Origin: Lingula anatina
Lineage: Eukaryota > Animalia > Brachiopoda
Direction of reading: 5' to 3'
NCBI GenBank assembly: GCA_051362555.1
Contig: CM120641.1
Location: 36,958,401-37,022,400 of the forward strand
Length of the DNA: 64,000 bases
Below, one piece after another: positions 29,161 through 42,200 of this stretch. Under the pieces are notes generated by a model, which searched no databases, had not been told where the DNA came from, and saw only the letters and a list, made by a program, of their open reading frames with translations. The translations under genes and the position numbers were made by a program. Every line of letters begins with the position of its first letter. Position 1 is the stretch's first letter.

Positions 29161-29187
29161 ATTTTATTTTATTTATTATTATCATTT

Positions 29188-29261
<74 letters not shown>

Positions 29262-29288
29262 TTATTTTTATTATTATTTTTTTTTTTT
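29161..29288. repeat. (TTA)n/(TTTA)n low-complexity tract
   Basis: Seen directly in the sequence. Confidence 0.9.
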
Positions 29289-32200
29289 GAGGGGTGGGAG
29301 TGGGGATTGGGGCATGTCTCTTCCAATTAGGATTGCATTGTCACCAAAGAAATTGCAGTCAGGAGCATGATCTTAAGCTAAATATGTGAGGCTCAAAACT
29401 TTTTGGAATCATTGTTGAAAAATAGAGCAGTATAAATTCAAACATCTTGCTTTATTTGTATTGTAAACATTTCTTGACTTCGCAAGTCTTACAGAAAAAG
29501 GTCAATATATTTGCAACGTGAAAGAAGAAGAATACCCTTTTTTATTACAATGACTCCGATGACTTTGAATGCCAATATGACAGAATCTGAAGCAAGGGAA
29601 ATCCATTGATAAAATACGAATTTGGTATTACCTTCAGGACACACCTTAAATTGTCTAGTGTCCTTAACTGAATTCTATTCACAAACCAATGCCAGGTTCA
29701 ATTCTTTAGATAATTCTGTCTCTGGGAAAATAAGGAAATCAAGTCGTATACAAGCTTGGTGGATCGGAGAAATGGCCTATTAATCGCAATACACGTATAA
29801 AGTATACTGATAACCCGACACATTGTCGAGACGTTAATTATACCATCAGGAGGTTTTACCCCATCTTCATTCCAAGGCGTTTCGTGCTAGCCACTATACG
29901 TGCATTCTTTCAATCTAGGTAGACATACCATTGGCGAGGCGGGAGGGTTACAGAATGTCGATCCACCACTTGTTGCTGTCCAGCTTCAAAATTATAAATT
30001 GAATAATAACCTAAAATTCGATATGTATTTATTTTTTACTAAATGATTAAATGGCAATATGTGAAACATGGATCCATGACCCTCATTGTGGGTTTGTTTT
30101 TCTTTTCAGAGGTGGATACAACATTTGTGGAGCACTCTGGAACTGGATGTATGCTTTTTATTTCAAGTTCATAACTTAGTGGATGTAAGAGCGTACTCTT
30201 TATTTTTCACAGTGTTAAAAGCCACCTCAGCAAGATTGGGCTCTTTTAGCGGAGAAACTTTTGCAACATTTTAAATAAGCATTTGGACAGTGGTTGCTAA
30301 AGGATGGCATTTCTTTGTTGATTTTTACTTTTTACCTTGGATTGCTTGAATTACGAAGGAACACGTTGATTTTGATATTGAAATTCTAATATATATAAAA
30401 TTAAAAATTGCTCGTAAAATCTCTCGAGACAAATAATTGCTTCTAGGTAACCACTTCTACGGACTAGAAGAGAACAATCGTAGAACTTTATTTATATTAA
30501 AGGGACAGTTCACGGGATTCTTTGCGTTTTAAAATCTTTATCTTTATTGAGCTCATCTTAAATGCATGTTATATCTTTTAGTAATGTAATGAAACTACTT
30601 CTACTCCCTGCTCAAAAATTGTATTTTGTGCGAAGTTAAATGCCTGTATCTTTGTTCAGCGTTGGCAAAGTGAAGAAAATGCAATCTTAAAAACATGCGT
30701 TTATAAAATATTTTTTGAGTTTGCAGCGTTGGTTGAAAAATGTGGATGACATCATTAAAATCAGTTATGATTTCTGTAATGGCCAACCACGTACGAAATA
30801 TCCACAAATGTATCAATCAGCAATCAATCAAAGGTATACTGAACCTTTATGAAACGCATTTTTCATGGAAACCATTATTATGTAACAGAACAAATTGAAA
30901 ACATTAAAACATTCAGTCTTAATAGATAAAACCTACCTACACGTACATTATTCTGATCAAAAGAGATTGCCGAGGGAAATTATATTAATTTCCACAAATC
31001 TTATGAAAATCTTTTCAATTCCTCACATGATGAGGGACATCAATGTCTCTCCGATGACGTGACAAATGCTATTGTCACCTGCATGAAGTAGCTATCTGCC
31101 GGTGACGGGAAAAAGCTGTCGGAATTATTGAGCCTTTCGCCCCCACAATGCTGTCATTGTTTGCAGAAACACTGATTGAAGTTTCAAACTCATCATTAAA
31201 AGACTTGAGAGCACTGCGCACATATTCATAGATAAATAATATCTTTTGGTGAGAAAATGTCACAATTTTTTGTCAGAAAATAACTAATACATGTAGATAA
31301 GGAGAGAGAGAGATAACAAACCAATTCAAATTCCTTTGTTTCAAACACTTTATTGGACGCATGATGATACAAGAACGTGTGCTAAGTATTTGATTAAAGG
31401 CATAAGGGGCGAATACTTGGTTTGCCATAAAGTGAATTTGTGGTATGAAGTGAATTTGATTGCGTTTTCGATACTATTGTCAAACGTCAACTTTACGTTC
31501 TTCGTAAATTCAAAATATTTCACCTGTAGGCAGTTTTATCTCAATTTTTCCCCGTGCGTGATCTCGACTATCGACTTTTCTACATCTGTTGAAATTTAAA
31601 TGTACTTTACAATGGGCAACATGGTTATTGACATCTGAACTTGGTTGTCGATAGTAAAACTTTTAAGTTACAAATTATCTTCCCCCTAAGCCTCCAAGTG
31701 CAAACTCATCAGTAAGATATATATTTAAAAGTCAAGACTTTATCCATAATTTAACTGTACCAAAATAGGCAACTGATTTTCTCTGTATTTTATAAAATGA
31801 TTAGAAAAGTTCTATAAACTATTCCGCATGCGGATATGTTTGTAAGAGTACTCCCATGTTTAAGGAAGTTGAATATTTAATCTACACTGTCTTGTCGATC
31901 ATCACTACATGGAATACAACATTTTTCTACAATTATTTCTTAAATACTTTATGAAATTCTACCAATATCTATAAAGAGCGGAGTAGATTACCGTATAGTG
32001 CCGCGTTTAGACAGTCGCTAAAGCTGATTGTGCTCTAAAAAAGAACGCAATTTAGGCGTTTATACAATCTCAAGCCGTTGCAAAGACAAAGCAGTCAACA
32101 ATTGACAACAATTGTTGACTTATTTATCTTACAACGGGGGCATTTTGTTAATACTGCCTAAACCGAAGCAACCTTTGGTCCGATCATGTCCAAACGCAGC

Positions 32201-32507
32201 AAAAGAGACTACAGTTTCAAACCCCGATTGCACAAGCAGGTTGTTTGAGATCCGTGCGCCAGGCATTTCAGAGGAGTAGCGATTCCACTCCACCGATTTA
32301 CGTAATGGTCTCTTTGACTTTGTTCGCTCTGGGAACGTGTGTGAAGCAGTTCTTAAAGTGTTCTAGTCTCAAAGCACTAAGTGCTTAAAAACTTCCACTT
32401 TTACAATGGCTTTACTGTGTTTATAGTGCTAATTTGGAAGGTCAATTATTTCAAACATTATTTTAACCATTACAAACAATTAACAGACTAGAATTCTAGG
32501 TAACTCC

Positions 32508-35500
32508 TCATTTACCACGGCTTTGGCATTGGAATGGTGCATAATTATACAGTTTGTCTTTGCTAACTGGTGATTCCATCCATACTAATAGTTGTGTAGG
32601 TGTTACGATCCACACATCTGGATTTGCTAATAGTTCATCTATAAATTCATTCAAAGCTTCTTTTCTATATTTCCACTCTGGCGCGAGGAACCAAGCAGAG
32701 TGCATACTAATGCCAAAAGGTGGTTTGTCAGGGGCATCGTGGTGGCGCCTGAAGTTCTCTCTAAGGAATGTAAGAGTATCTGCCTTGGTTTGTGGTCGAC
32801 AACCATCGACCATCCCACCACAGCCAGTGCTTTTAAAACGCCAAACGTTCAGTGGAAGTTCCCAAAGTCCGGAGTCATGTTTGTACGGCCAAATTGGAGT
32901 TCCAGTGTTAGTTACCGTTGAATCATAACCAAAGTGGTTTTCTTTTAAAAGTCTAAATAAACCTGGAGGTTTGGCTAAAAATGGCACGCGAACCCCAAGA
33001 ATATGATTCAAAGGAATTCCCGTGGATTTGCTCTCTATTTCCCTCATACCGACGAATTCTTTTTTAATCTCTTCATAATCTGCAGTCTTCCACCACGTGG
33101 TTGGGGTTCTATGGGATATACTGTGATCTGCAATCTCGAATCCCAAATCATACAGCTTTCGTACCTCTTTATATGAAGTGTACTGGTTACTGGCGAATAA
33201 GGTTGCGGTTATGCGGCAACCATTTGGGTTTCTACGGTTTGCATTGAAGAGGTCTTGGTACGCTCTAGAACCAGCCACTGTCACTGCGTCGTCGAAGGTG
33301 AAGTAAACAAATTGTGGTGTTTGCGATCTGGTGAGCCCCCCTGGCAGTGAAGATCCTGAAAGAATCAAATATTGACAATGTTAGAATCTACGACTAATAG
33401 TGAGTTTACTCTTGAAGGTGATCATGTTTTATAAATTTGCATGAAAACATAATGTTAAAACGTAATGTTCACAAACTATAGTTACGACTTCATTGTTCCA
33501 AATCATTTCATCAACATTAATTTAATGTTCAATGACATATATCGTTTGTATGAAAAGGACAATAAGTAGACATTATGACTGATTTTAAGTATTAATTTAT
33601 AAAAGATTAACTTTCTCCAAATACTAATTAACTTTTTTTATATCGTAACCAGAAGATGGTTGATTGTTTTATATATCACACCATTAGAAGGCTGATGGCA
33701 CTGATACCTGTACTGAACAAAAGGGAGACGGCTTAATTAAGGTAGAGTCGTTAGTCTACCAGTCAATTGGATTAATTGCAACATTTCATGATTGCTGAGC
33801 ATATGTTTCAAATACTGGTGCTCATTAGTGTTTCTCATGAAACTGGACGTAGAGAGGAAGAAAGACCGCTTCTTTCGTGATTCCCATAAAGCCTTGCTGA
33901 TACCCACTGACCATGCTACCAAACGATCGCACTCCAAATACACTTCATCTAAATCGCCAAGATCTGGCTGATTAGAAGCCGCCTGGGCACCTTAACCTTC
34001 GGTGCTTTCCCATTGAAGGGTCATCGTGTATACTTTATGGTGACTACCACTGGATTGGGTAGAGTAGAAGAGCGGGCAATTTATATAATAAAGTGTCTGT
34101 ATTCCATTCATGCATAAAGTCATTTTGAAATAAAATAATGGTTCGTTTAACCATAGCAGTTCTATTACATTGATATCGGCGTAGACAGAGGCTTACTGTT
34201 AGTACATTGGTCACCTAATTAATAAGTCCAGCAGACCTGCTTCCGAGTGCAGTTGTGGTAGATTGTTTAGATTACGCGTAGACATGGTCTACCATCACTA
34301 AATTGCTTTTAAACATGTTTCTGAAAATTGCCTCATTCAAAAAAGTTAGTTAGAAAAGTTGCGTTATGTCTGCCACCAGAAAAAGATGCCAAAAGTACTT
34401 TTCACGCTTAAAGAATTACAATAACCGTTTTTTTTTTCTTTTTTTTTTCATTAAAATATTATATTATCATAATTTTAATTGGTATTATTGGCACGCTTTC
34501 AGAATATTCGTTTTTTTAAGACGTCATCCTTGAATATCTACAAATGAAATCGAAATCTGTCTAAGGTACTCGTGGTGACCAGAATTACGTAAAATGAAGA
34601 CCTGTGATTGTCCGCTTTCTTTCACCGTTTCAGCAGGTAGTGGGTGGGGAGGTGGTTCCTGCTTTTAAGCTATGAAACACGTTCAATTAAAAACAAGGCC
34701 TTTACAAGATTATCTGAAGTATATTGTTTCATATCTTACTATGTAATCGTTTAAAAATTTGACTTTGGCGTGTTCGGTACTTTTTTGCACGTTCCTAAAT
34801 TTCATTTGATAAAAAAGCGCATCCTCATTTGTAATTATAGTTGACAAGGAAAGAAACTGGTGAATAGCGTCCGTCGTCTTTATCCAATAATTTCCATTTA
34901 TTTATTCATTCATCTATTCACTTATCTGTTTGCTCGTTCGTTTTTTTTATTCTATCACTCATCCACGTATCTAGATACTAAATAATTCATTGTTGGCACA
35001 TTTTGTTCATCAAGACGATAGTCCTTGAAAATTTTCAAAGATAAATTTTCGTTGTCGCACTTATGAATGATTTTAACAGAAGATGCATTTAAAATAAGTC
35101 GCCTGATAGAGGTTGAAATAATGGGCATGACATTGCCTTTAAGTTCAACGGCGTGATCAGAAATTTTCAAGGCCTTTTGAATATTTCAAACAACGTCACG
35201 AGTGTGCGATTTTGACTGGTATGGAGTTTTAAATATCTTAGTAGGAATACTGCTTTGGCAATCGCTTTTCGACGTGTTGATGTAAAAATATTAGCACGTT
35301 TTATTAAAGCAAAAGTACTTAAGACCATTCATTATCTACCATATAAAGATATGCGATAGAAACAAAGGTCTATTGTTTCTTTACTTAAGTACATATATCT
35401 AAATAAACGAATTGGTCTCATTCTTTTCTCATCCTTAAAAAATAGAGGACTTCGTTGGTTTGTATTCTTTTTCTTTCTTTACATGTTCTTTCTTTCTTAA

Positions 35501-37660
35501 GAATAACTGTAACTGTGGGAACTTATGATAACATTAAATACTATTAGACATCAAGGTGAAATTCTAACGACTTCACTTTCGATAGACAACAGATAGTGAA
35601 ACACAGACAGATTGCAAGTGCTCAGTTTGTACAATCAATCTGATCTTCAAACACCTTGCAGAAATCTGAAAAGCTGTAGTTTCTGTTATTACTCACCCTC
35701 CGAAAATGTCTGTGCTGGGAATGCCTGAACCCGTGATGTTTGATATGCTCCCCCGCTGTTTGGGTACGATCCTCCTCCTCTTCCTCCCGTTCCCACTCCT
35801 CCTCCAAATCCTCCACCAACAGGATATTGGCTTCCTCGAGGAATAGCAGGATTACGAGCGGGCAAAAATGTATTGGAAGGACTGCCTTGGAGGTTGAATG
35901 TGGCCGTCGGTGGGAACAGGCCGCCCATACGCGGCTTCACGGGACTGTTATTAGTAGGCCCATAGTTGATGACCTTTACTTGATTTCCTTGTTTAGAGTT
36001 GGCAGCGACTATGTTGGCTAGTGCTATGGAGTTGAACAGACCGGAAAGGGGACCGGGTAGGACCTGTGCTTGCGAAAATGATGGTAACGGGACTAGGTCG
36101 GATGGGAAAGAGGAAGAAGACGAAGAACCAATCTGAAGAGAAGAACTTTCCAGCCCAGAGGAAGACGGTTTTACGTATCCGGAGACTGCCTGACCATCGC
36201 TCATTACGTGTGAAATCGCATCATTTGCGGTCGCTGCGGTTTGGTCCCCTGATGTTTGGTGTTGTTGTGACCCTGCAGCGTTTCCTTTGCTCGGAGGGAC
36301 AGAGCTGACCTTGTATTGACAACCAACAGTTGTAGGACCCGTGGCGACGCAGGTACCACCATGGGGGCAAAATTGGAACCCGCGAGACATGGTACCCCCT
36401 GCGTTGCAGACATCCTGGGCATATCTCCGTCTCTCTGAGTCACTGGGATCGCAAACTTGGACAAGTATCTTCCCTGGTTCACAAGCTAAAATAAATGTCA
36501 AAGGTGCATTATTGAAATTTGCTCATTAAACTTTTTTCTTTATTAATGTTATTTTTGAATGCTCATATCCAAATCTGCACATTCATCGGTCAAATTGCAG
36601 CAAATGGCCAATTCTAAATCAAAACCGCCATTACATAAATGTCTTGGCGACGACTCGTTTATCTTTAAAATCATACGAATATATAAGTCGGCGAAATTGT
36701 CATACCAATTGCAGATAATTTATCTACGAAAGACAGCGTATATTATATATAGCAATATACACAGTAACAGTCTTAAGACAGCTGAAATAAGGTGTCTATG
36801 CCATTTGTACCATCCAAATTAAAGAAATTATTATTATAACATAGTACTAAGTATTAGTAATAGATGTATCTTGGTGACTTCATGCAGATAAACATTTTAT
36901 TATATAGTTTTTTATCTTGTTCTTCTTTTCAGACGATAAATTATCTCAAATCGGCTTATTGGAATTATAATGAAAAATAACAATACAGTTTTCTAATACG
37001 CGTGACAATTTGTCTGTGTAGGTCAAGTAAGTATACACTGTCGCGACAAGTAATGATGGCCAATGGATTATTAGCATGGGTAAGGGTATTCAATGACCAA
37101 GGAAGTCTTTATCATTTCTATCATTTTATCTACTTATATAAACATTTTTTCAGCGAACCGGTATTATGCAACAATTTCTGTGATATAAATATATAGTATT
37201 TGAATAAATGTCTAATTTTTCCAAAAACAAATTTTGTTAGTTTCGGCTTTTTTATCAGTAGACAAAAAAGCTACATCTTGGGTACCTCGGCGCACGTGAA
37301 AACATTGTTTCGTAACTTACTTTTACCGCCTGGCACGAGGGCGCTTTTCCGGGGTAGCCCCTGGGGCGCCGATGCCACTGCGTTCACTTCTGAACTCTGT
37401 TGTACTCCACTGTTCACCGAATTATCCGCGTTTATTCTCTTGCAAGCTCCATTGCGGCAGATAGTTCCCATGGCACAACCAAACAAGCTAGGGTTGGTGT
37501 TCCCCTTCCTGCACAAAATGACGGCATTTTGGTTGGAAGGGTGACAGAACGATTCTTCTTGAAGTCCCGAACATTGCACATTCTGTGCGTTCAAGCATTG
37601 CACCTTCATCAACAAAGCTGTGCAAAGCACCAGCAAGACGGGCCGAGTAAGCGATGACAT
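32508..37660 (-). CDS. Secreted CE4 polysaccharide/chitin deacetylase-like protein (paralog A): signal peptide, two six-Cys modules, S/G/P-rich stalk, catalytic domain; ~658 aa if joined as modelled
   Basis: Exons 37660-37321 (signal peptide MSSLTRPVLLVLCTALLMKVQC, donor GTAAGT), 36485-35697 (donor GTGAGT) and 33355-32508; all junctions are phase 1. The catalytic exon has FTFDD, RRNPNGC, HSISH, RVPFL, GLWELP and MHSAWF. The catalytic exon is secure. Joining it to the upstream exons is inferred from phase only; exon 2 could instead read on to a stop at 35689. Confidence 0.8.
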
Positions 37661-38811
37661 CTTGGCAGCGACACTCCGATATTGTTATTTACACTGGAGC
37701 AACCCCTGCCCGCCTGAATGCGACGTTCGAGACAGTAGGACTGTAGCGATTTGACGTTTTCATTGATACATATATATATATGACAGGTGGCACCACCAAT
37801 CGGGGAACCCCAAGTCGCGTGAACAAAAAGTATAATGTTCCCTTACCACAAGACAAAAGGGTCACAGGTTGTTTCCCAAGGCTTAGATAGAAATCTTTTA
37901 CATACGAAAATGTGATGCTATCATATTCATATTTCGCTGCTGTATAATTCATTCATTCATCGAAGCTACTGAAGTACTAGTGAAGCGAGGCAACGAAGAC
38001 CGGATGTAATGGAAATTATAAGGGTTAATTTTTATATTAAAGATATGGGCGGCTTAGGGTGACGATTATGACTCAGATAGAGACTTGTTCGTTTTGGGAA
38101 ATGATATATAAGCAAAGCACTCCTTATGTTGCCGCAGTTTGATATCAATATGTACGAGTTATTGCTTCATTTGTTACAATTGTTATTTTCATTAAAGCTC
38201 ATCTGTAACCCTTTGTCACCGTCGGTAATCACTTAAAAGGTGGGAATAAACAGGCATTTGACATGGAGAGTTTAGTTTAACACTAACAATAACAAATCGG
38301 TAAACATTTTGTTCAAATGATGAATCTTGAATTAAAAAATGAGGTGCTATCATGCACTTCATCTTCATTGCAGTTTCTTACTAAAATATCAGTTAATCAA
38401 GCGTTTATGTTTCCACAGTATATAGGCAATAAAGATAACTTTCGAATATAATAATCTGGTTACTTATTTTAATGGGCAAAGTTTTGTTTGACATAGCATA
38501 ATTGAAAAAGTAAACAAAAAGTAACAATGAGAACACCATTAACAACCAGTAATTTCTTACGTGAAAACCAATGACCCCCATTTCATGTACTTAATGTAAC
38601 GGATGGAAATGAATCAAACAAAGAATTACCTAATAATATGCAGATTGTATTTTCTTTATTTGTACATACAGGTCTTACAATCTTGATTCCTGCTTTTACA
38701 AGAAAGACTTGGCCTGTTATCTGTGAGCAAGTGTCTAACATCATTTTCATGGCAGGAGTAACCTAATGTCATCCCTACGGAAATATGTTTTGATTCACTC
38801 AGTTCTTTTTA

Positions 38812-38975
38812 AAAGGTGGATTTGAAAGTGACTCTCATGCGGAATCTTACGTTTTAACACCGGTGACAACTCAACATCAGTTCACCTGAGGAAGGACTTG
38901 TGATAAGGTCGAAACGTTGTGACTTCCGTTTCGAAACGTAAGATCCAGCATGAGGGTCAACTCAATTCCATCTTT
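38812..38975. repeat. ~44-bp imperfect inverted repeat flanking the hammerhead motif
   Basis: Left arm AAAGGTGGATTTGAAAGTGACTCTCATGCGGAATCTTACGTTT matches the reverse complement of the right arm, AAAGATGGAATTGAGTTGACCCTCATGCTGGATCTTACGTTT. Confidence 0.85.
38879..38924 (+). ncRNA. Minimal type I hammerhead ribozyme motif (Penelope-like)
   Basis: Stem I AGTTCAC (38879-38885) pairs with GTGACT (38919-38924). Core CTGAGGA is at 38886-38892, stem II is GACTT/AGGTC, GAAA is at 38911-38914, and a palindromic ACGT mini stem III ends in a GUU cleavage triplet. Confidence 0.65.
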
Positions 38976-39235
38976 ATCTTTCTTTATTTTATGTGATGTT
39001 TCTTCAGTATGTCTTACTGACAGTGAAAAAGATTCACACACTTCCTTGAAATGTAAAGTTTAACTTCCTATAATACAGAGTTTGTATTACATAAACATAA
39101 GAATGAGTGAGATACCCTGAGATGCATTGTGACTGATAACTAGGAGAAATTGAGGTATGCTTTTCCTTCTGGATGCACTCAAGAGGAAACGAAAGTGAAA
39201 GTGCAAGAGTTGGAATTTACAGCAGATCTGTTTTC

Positions 39236-42200
39236 TTAGCACTGAAAGGGCAGAAATGACCCCATGCTGTGCACCGGGGTAGGGTCTGCTATCCAGTCAA
39301 GGATTTTGAACGCAGGGACAATCCAAACGTCTTTTTTCTCTGAAATCTCTTCCAGAAACGCATGCATCGCCTTTAAATTGTGATCCCATGCAAACCAAGC
39401 AGCATGCATATTTAATCCAAACGGTGGCCGTGTTGGAGCGTTGTAATGGCGATAAAAATTTGCTCGAATGTAATGGAGTGATTCAGCAAAAGTTTCAGTG
39501 TGGCAACTGTCAATCATTGGTAAACCTATGAGCGGGGACCGTGGACAGAAGTATAATTTATTGAGAGGTATTTCCCAGAGACCAGGGTAGCTTTGCACTG
39601 GACATGGATATTGGTACCCAGAACACTGGACATATGCAGGAGGGGAATCAAGGCTAAATGGCCACAGCGGCGCTTGGCTCTGTTCTACGAACGTGGTCAT
39701 CGTTGCATCATAAGTAAACTGTCTGTTTTGCAGCATCGAAAACTGCACATCACCCCCTACCGCCAAAAACGGCGTTCTCATTCCGCGAATCGCCGATCCT
39801 GGTATACCAGCAAGACGAGAGGACAGTTGTCGAAAGCCATCGATTTCGTTTTCCCACAGTTTATAAGGGGCACCTGCCCACCACGCTGGAGGGACGCGGT
39901 GACTGATACTGTGACTGGCTATCTCATGACCGTCACCATACAGCTTCTTCATCAGACTATAGCTGTTGCTCACGTTACAGACGTTGAATGTGGCTCGAAT
40001 GGGACAATTGTTGGGATTTCGGTATTTCCCTCCAAACAAGTCCTGATAAAATCCGTAAACCACCGGAGTTATGGCGTCGTCAAAGGAAAAGTAGACAAGA
40101 TGGGGAGTTTCATCTCTTCGCAACCCTCCTGGTATGCTGTCATTTATGTATAATGTGTAGTTTTCTGGATTAATAAAGGATACGAGTAATTAACCAATGA
40201 AAATTGAGTAAATGTTTGTGCACTGTTTAAGATTTTTCTTGTTATGAAAAAAATAAATAAATAATGTATAAAGCGAAAGAGAAAAATAAGAGAATTAAAA
40301 AAGTAAAAAGCAAAGTTTAAACAAAGGTGAAATTAAAAACAAAACAAGCTAAGATAAAAAGTCTAGGAGTAAAAATAAACAAGCAAAAATTTATAAATGA
40401 AATAAAGAAGATAAATGAAAAAGAAAAAAAAAAGCCAAAGAGGAAAACACCACCATGACCAAGACAGTGTACTAACTAAGACATGTTTCTGGTATAAGGC
40501 AGGCAAACAAATTATATGTCACTTGTATTATAAATCAAGTCTAGTTTGTTGGACACAAGTACTAGGTAAGACAGCCAATCATGGAGACTGTACAATACCT
40601 GGTGCCAATGGCTGCCTAATAAGTGGACGATCCCAGTCTGGTATTTTGTCAAAGTTGGGCGCATCACTTGGCTTGTATCCACCATACATGGATTCTAAAA
40701 TACATGCATGCAAATAACATTCACATTAATCAATGCTAATTTATGCACATTCCTAACGATCCCAGCATTATTTGGATACTTTACTTATATTGCATTCTTT
40801 ATAATTATATCAATATCATTTACTAAATGCCTATGAGTCGAACGAACACTAATGATGCAAAAAAAAAAATAAATAAATAATAAATAAATAATAATAATAA
40901 TAATAAGGGGGGGGGTTAAGATGTTTCATATCAAAAGATAATGTGAAAAGTGTATCATAAACGTATAGACTGTATGTATTTCAAACCAAACAACTGAAAA
41001 TTGAATATATACTATCCGCGTTCGTACAGAAAGCCATACTGGTAGCGGTCTAAGTTACTGGACAGTCATTTAGAACTTTAAAAAATATCGAATCCAAGTG
41101 CAGAAGAGGAAATTTCTATCTGGCAAGAAAATCCTGGACAGGAAACATGTTCCTTAAAGGTATGAAGCACAGAGGCGGATCCAGGATTATTTGAAGGGGA
41201 GAGGTCCGAGGATGCGAAGCCGACCCTCCCCCCCCCCTTGGTGTGGGGTTCGGGAGCGGCTTAAGGGCCCCGAAAAAATGGTATTTTAGAGGACCAACGG
41301 TGTCATTTGGTACGGTTTAGAAATATGATTCAGCTAGTAAAAAATATAATTTCAAGCGGGGACCATTGGTGTGATTTTTTTTCAGAAATCGAAGGGAGGG
41401 GGGTCAGGATCCCCCTGACCCCCCCCCCCCTCTTAATCCGCCACTGGAAGTATTTTGTCAGGTTCGTTTTATCGGACAGACTTGTTTATGCATTTAAATA
41501 ATATTTGATTATGGATGATTCAGCAGTTAGTTTTATAAGCACACAGAATACTCAACTGCTGCCCAATACCTTTGCATTAGGCACCAAAATGTCAATTTAG
41601 AAAGTGGTATTTTTATTCCAGCATTCCTTATTATAAACGAATTATGTAACTAAACGGTCAGATCAAAAGAAACTGAAAATTCACCTCGGGTCATGACACC
41701 AGTTTGTAATGGAATCTTGCATGAAGTCTCCAAGAAACAAAAGAAAATAGCATTGATATAATGATAATAATGAACAAATGGATCATGATTACGCCTATAA
41801 AAATGCTAACGACTGGCGGTTTTTGCGTACAAGATAACCATTAATCCTTTCAATGATACTATACTATAAGTGAGTGAGGGGGGAAAAATGACCAAAACAA
41901 CAGCCCGTAAATATCAAGGTAGCCGATGAATTTCTCCCCGTGATATCAAGCCAAGTGCCCCAAAACTATGACACAGGCAGTAAAAAGCTAGAGTAAAGGC
42001 ACTCGGGGTTATACAATGGCACCCTTATGTATTTTTTTCATTAAGTCAAAGAGGTCATGCAGTTGCATATTAAGGTATGATTCATGAGGTTTGAGAAGTA
42101 AAGATACTGATGGGGTATTCTGAACGACGAACGAACAATGTGGTAGCAATGAGACATTACATAAGTAACTGTAATGTGGCATGATTACTCTATGTCTAAA

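Noticed and set aside
30497-30850. TTAAAGGGACAGTTCAC start resembling a TTAA-targeting DNA transposon end
   Set aside because: The matching right TIR is too degenerate to define an element.
31075-31263. 62-aa minus-strand ORF ending near a donor-like site
   Set aside because: No family motif and no partner exons found.
35545-35665. Cys-rich exon-like stretch with in-frame TGA after exon 2 of paralog A
   Set aside because: It would need a 31-nt intron, and no SECIS was evident, so there is no basis for a selenocysteine call.
39593-40153. Long antisense ORFs over the deacetylase and DGKE exons (also 32554-32928, 50426-50740, 15440-15745)
   Set aside because: Shadow ORFs of real coding exons.
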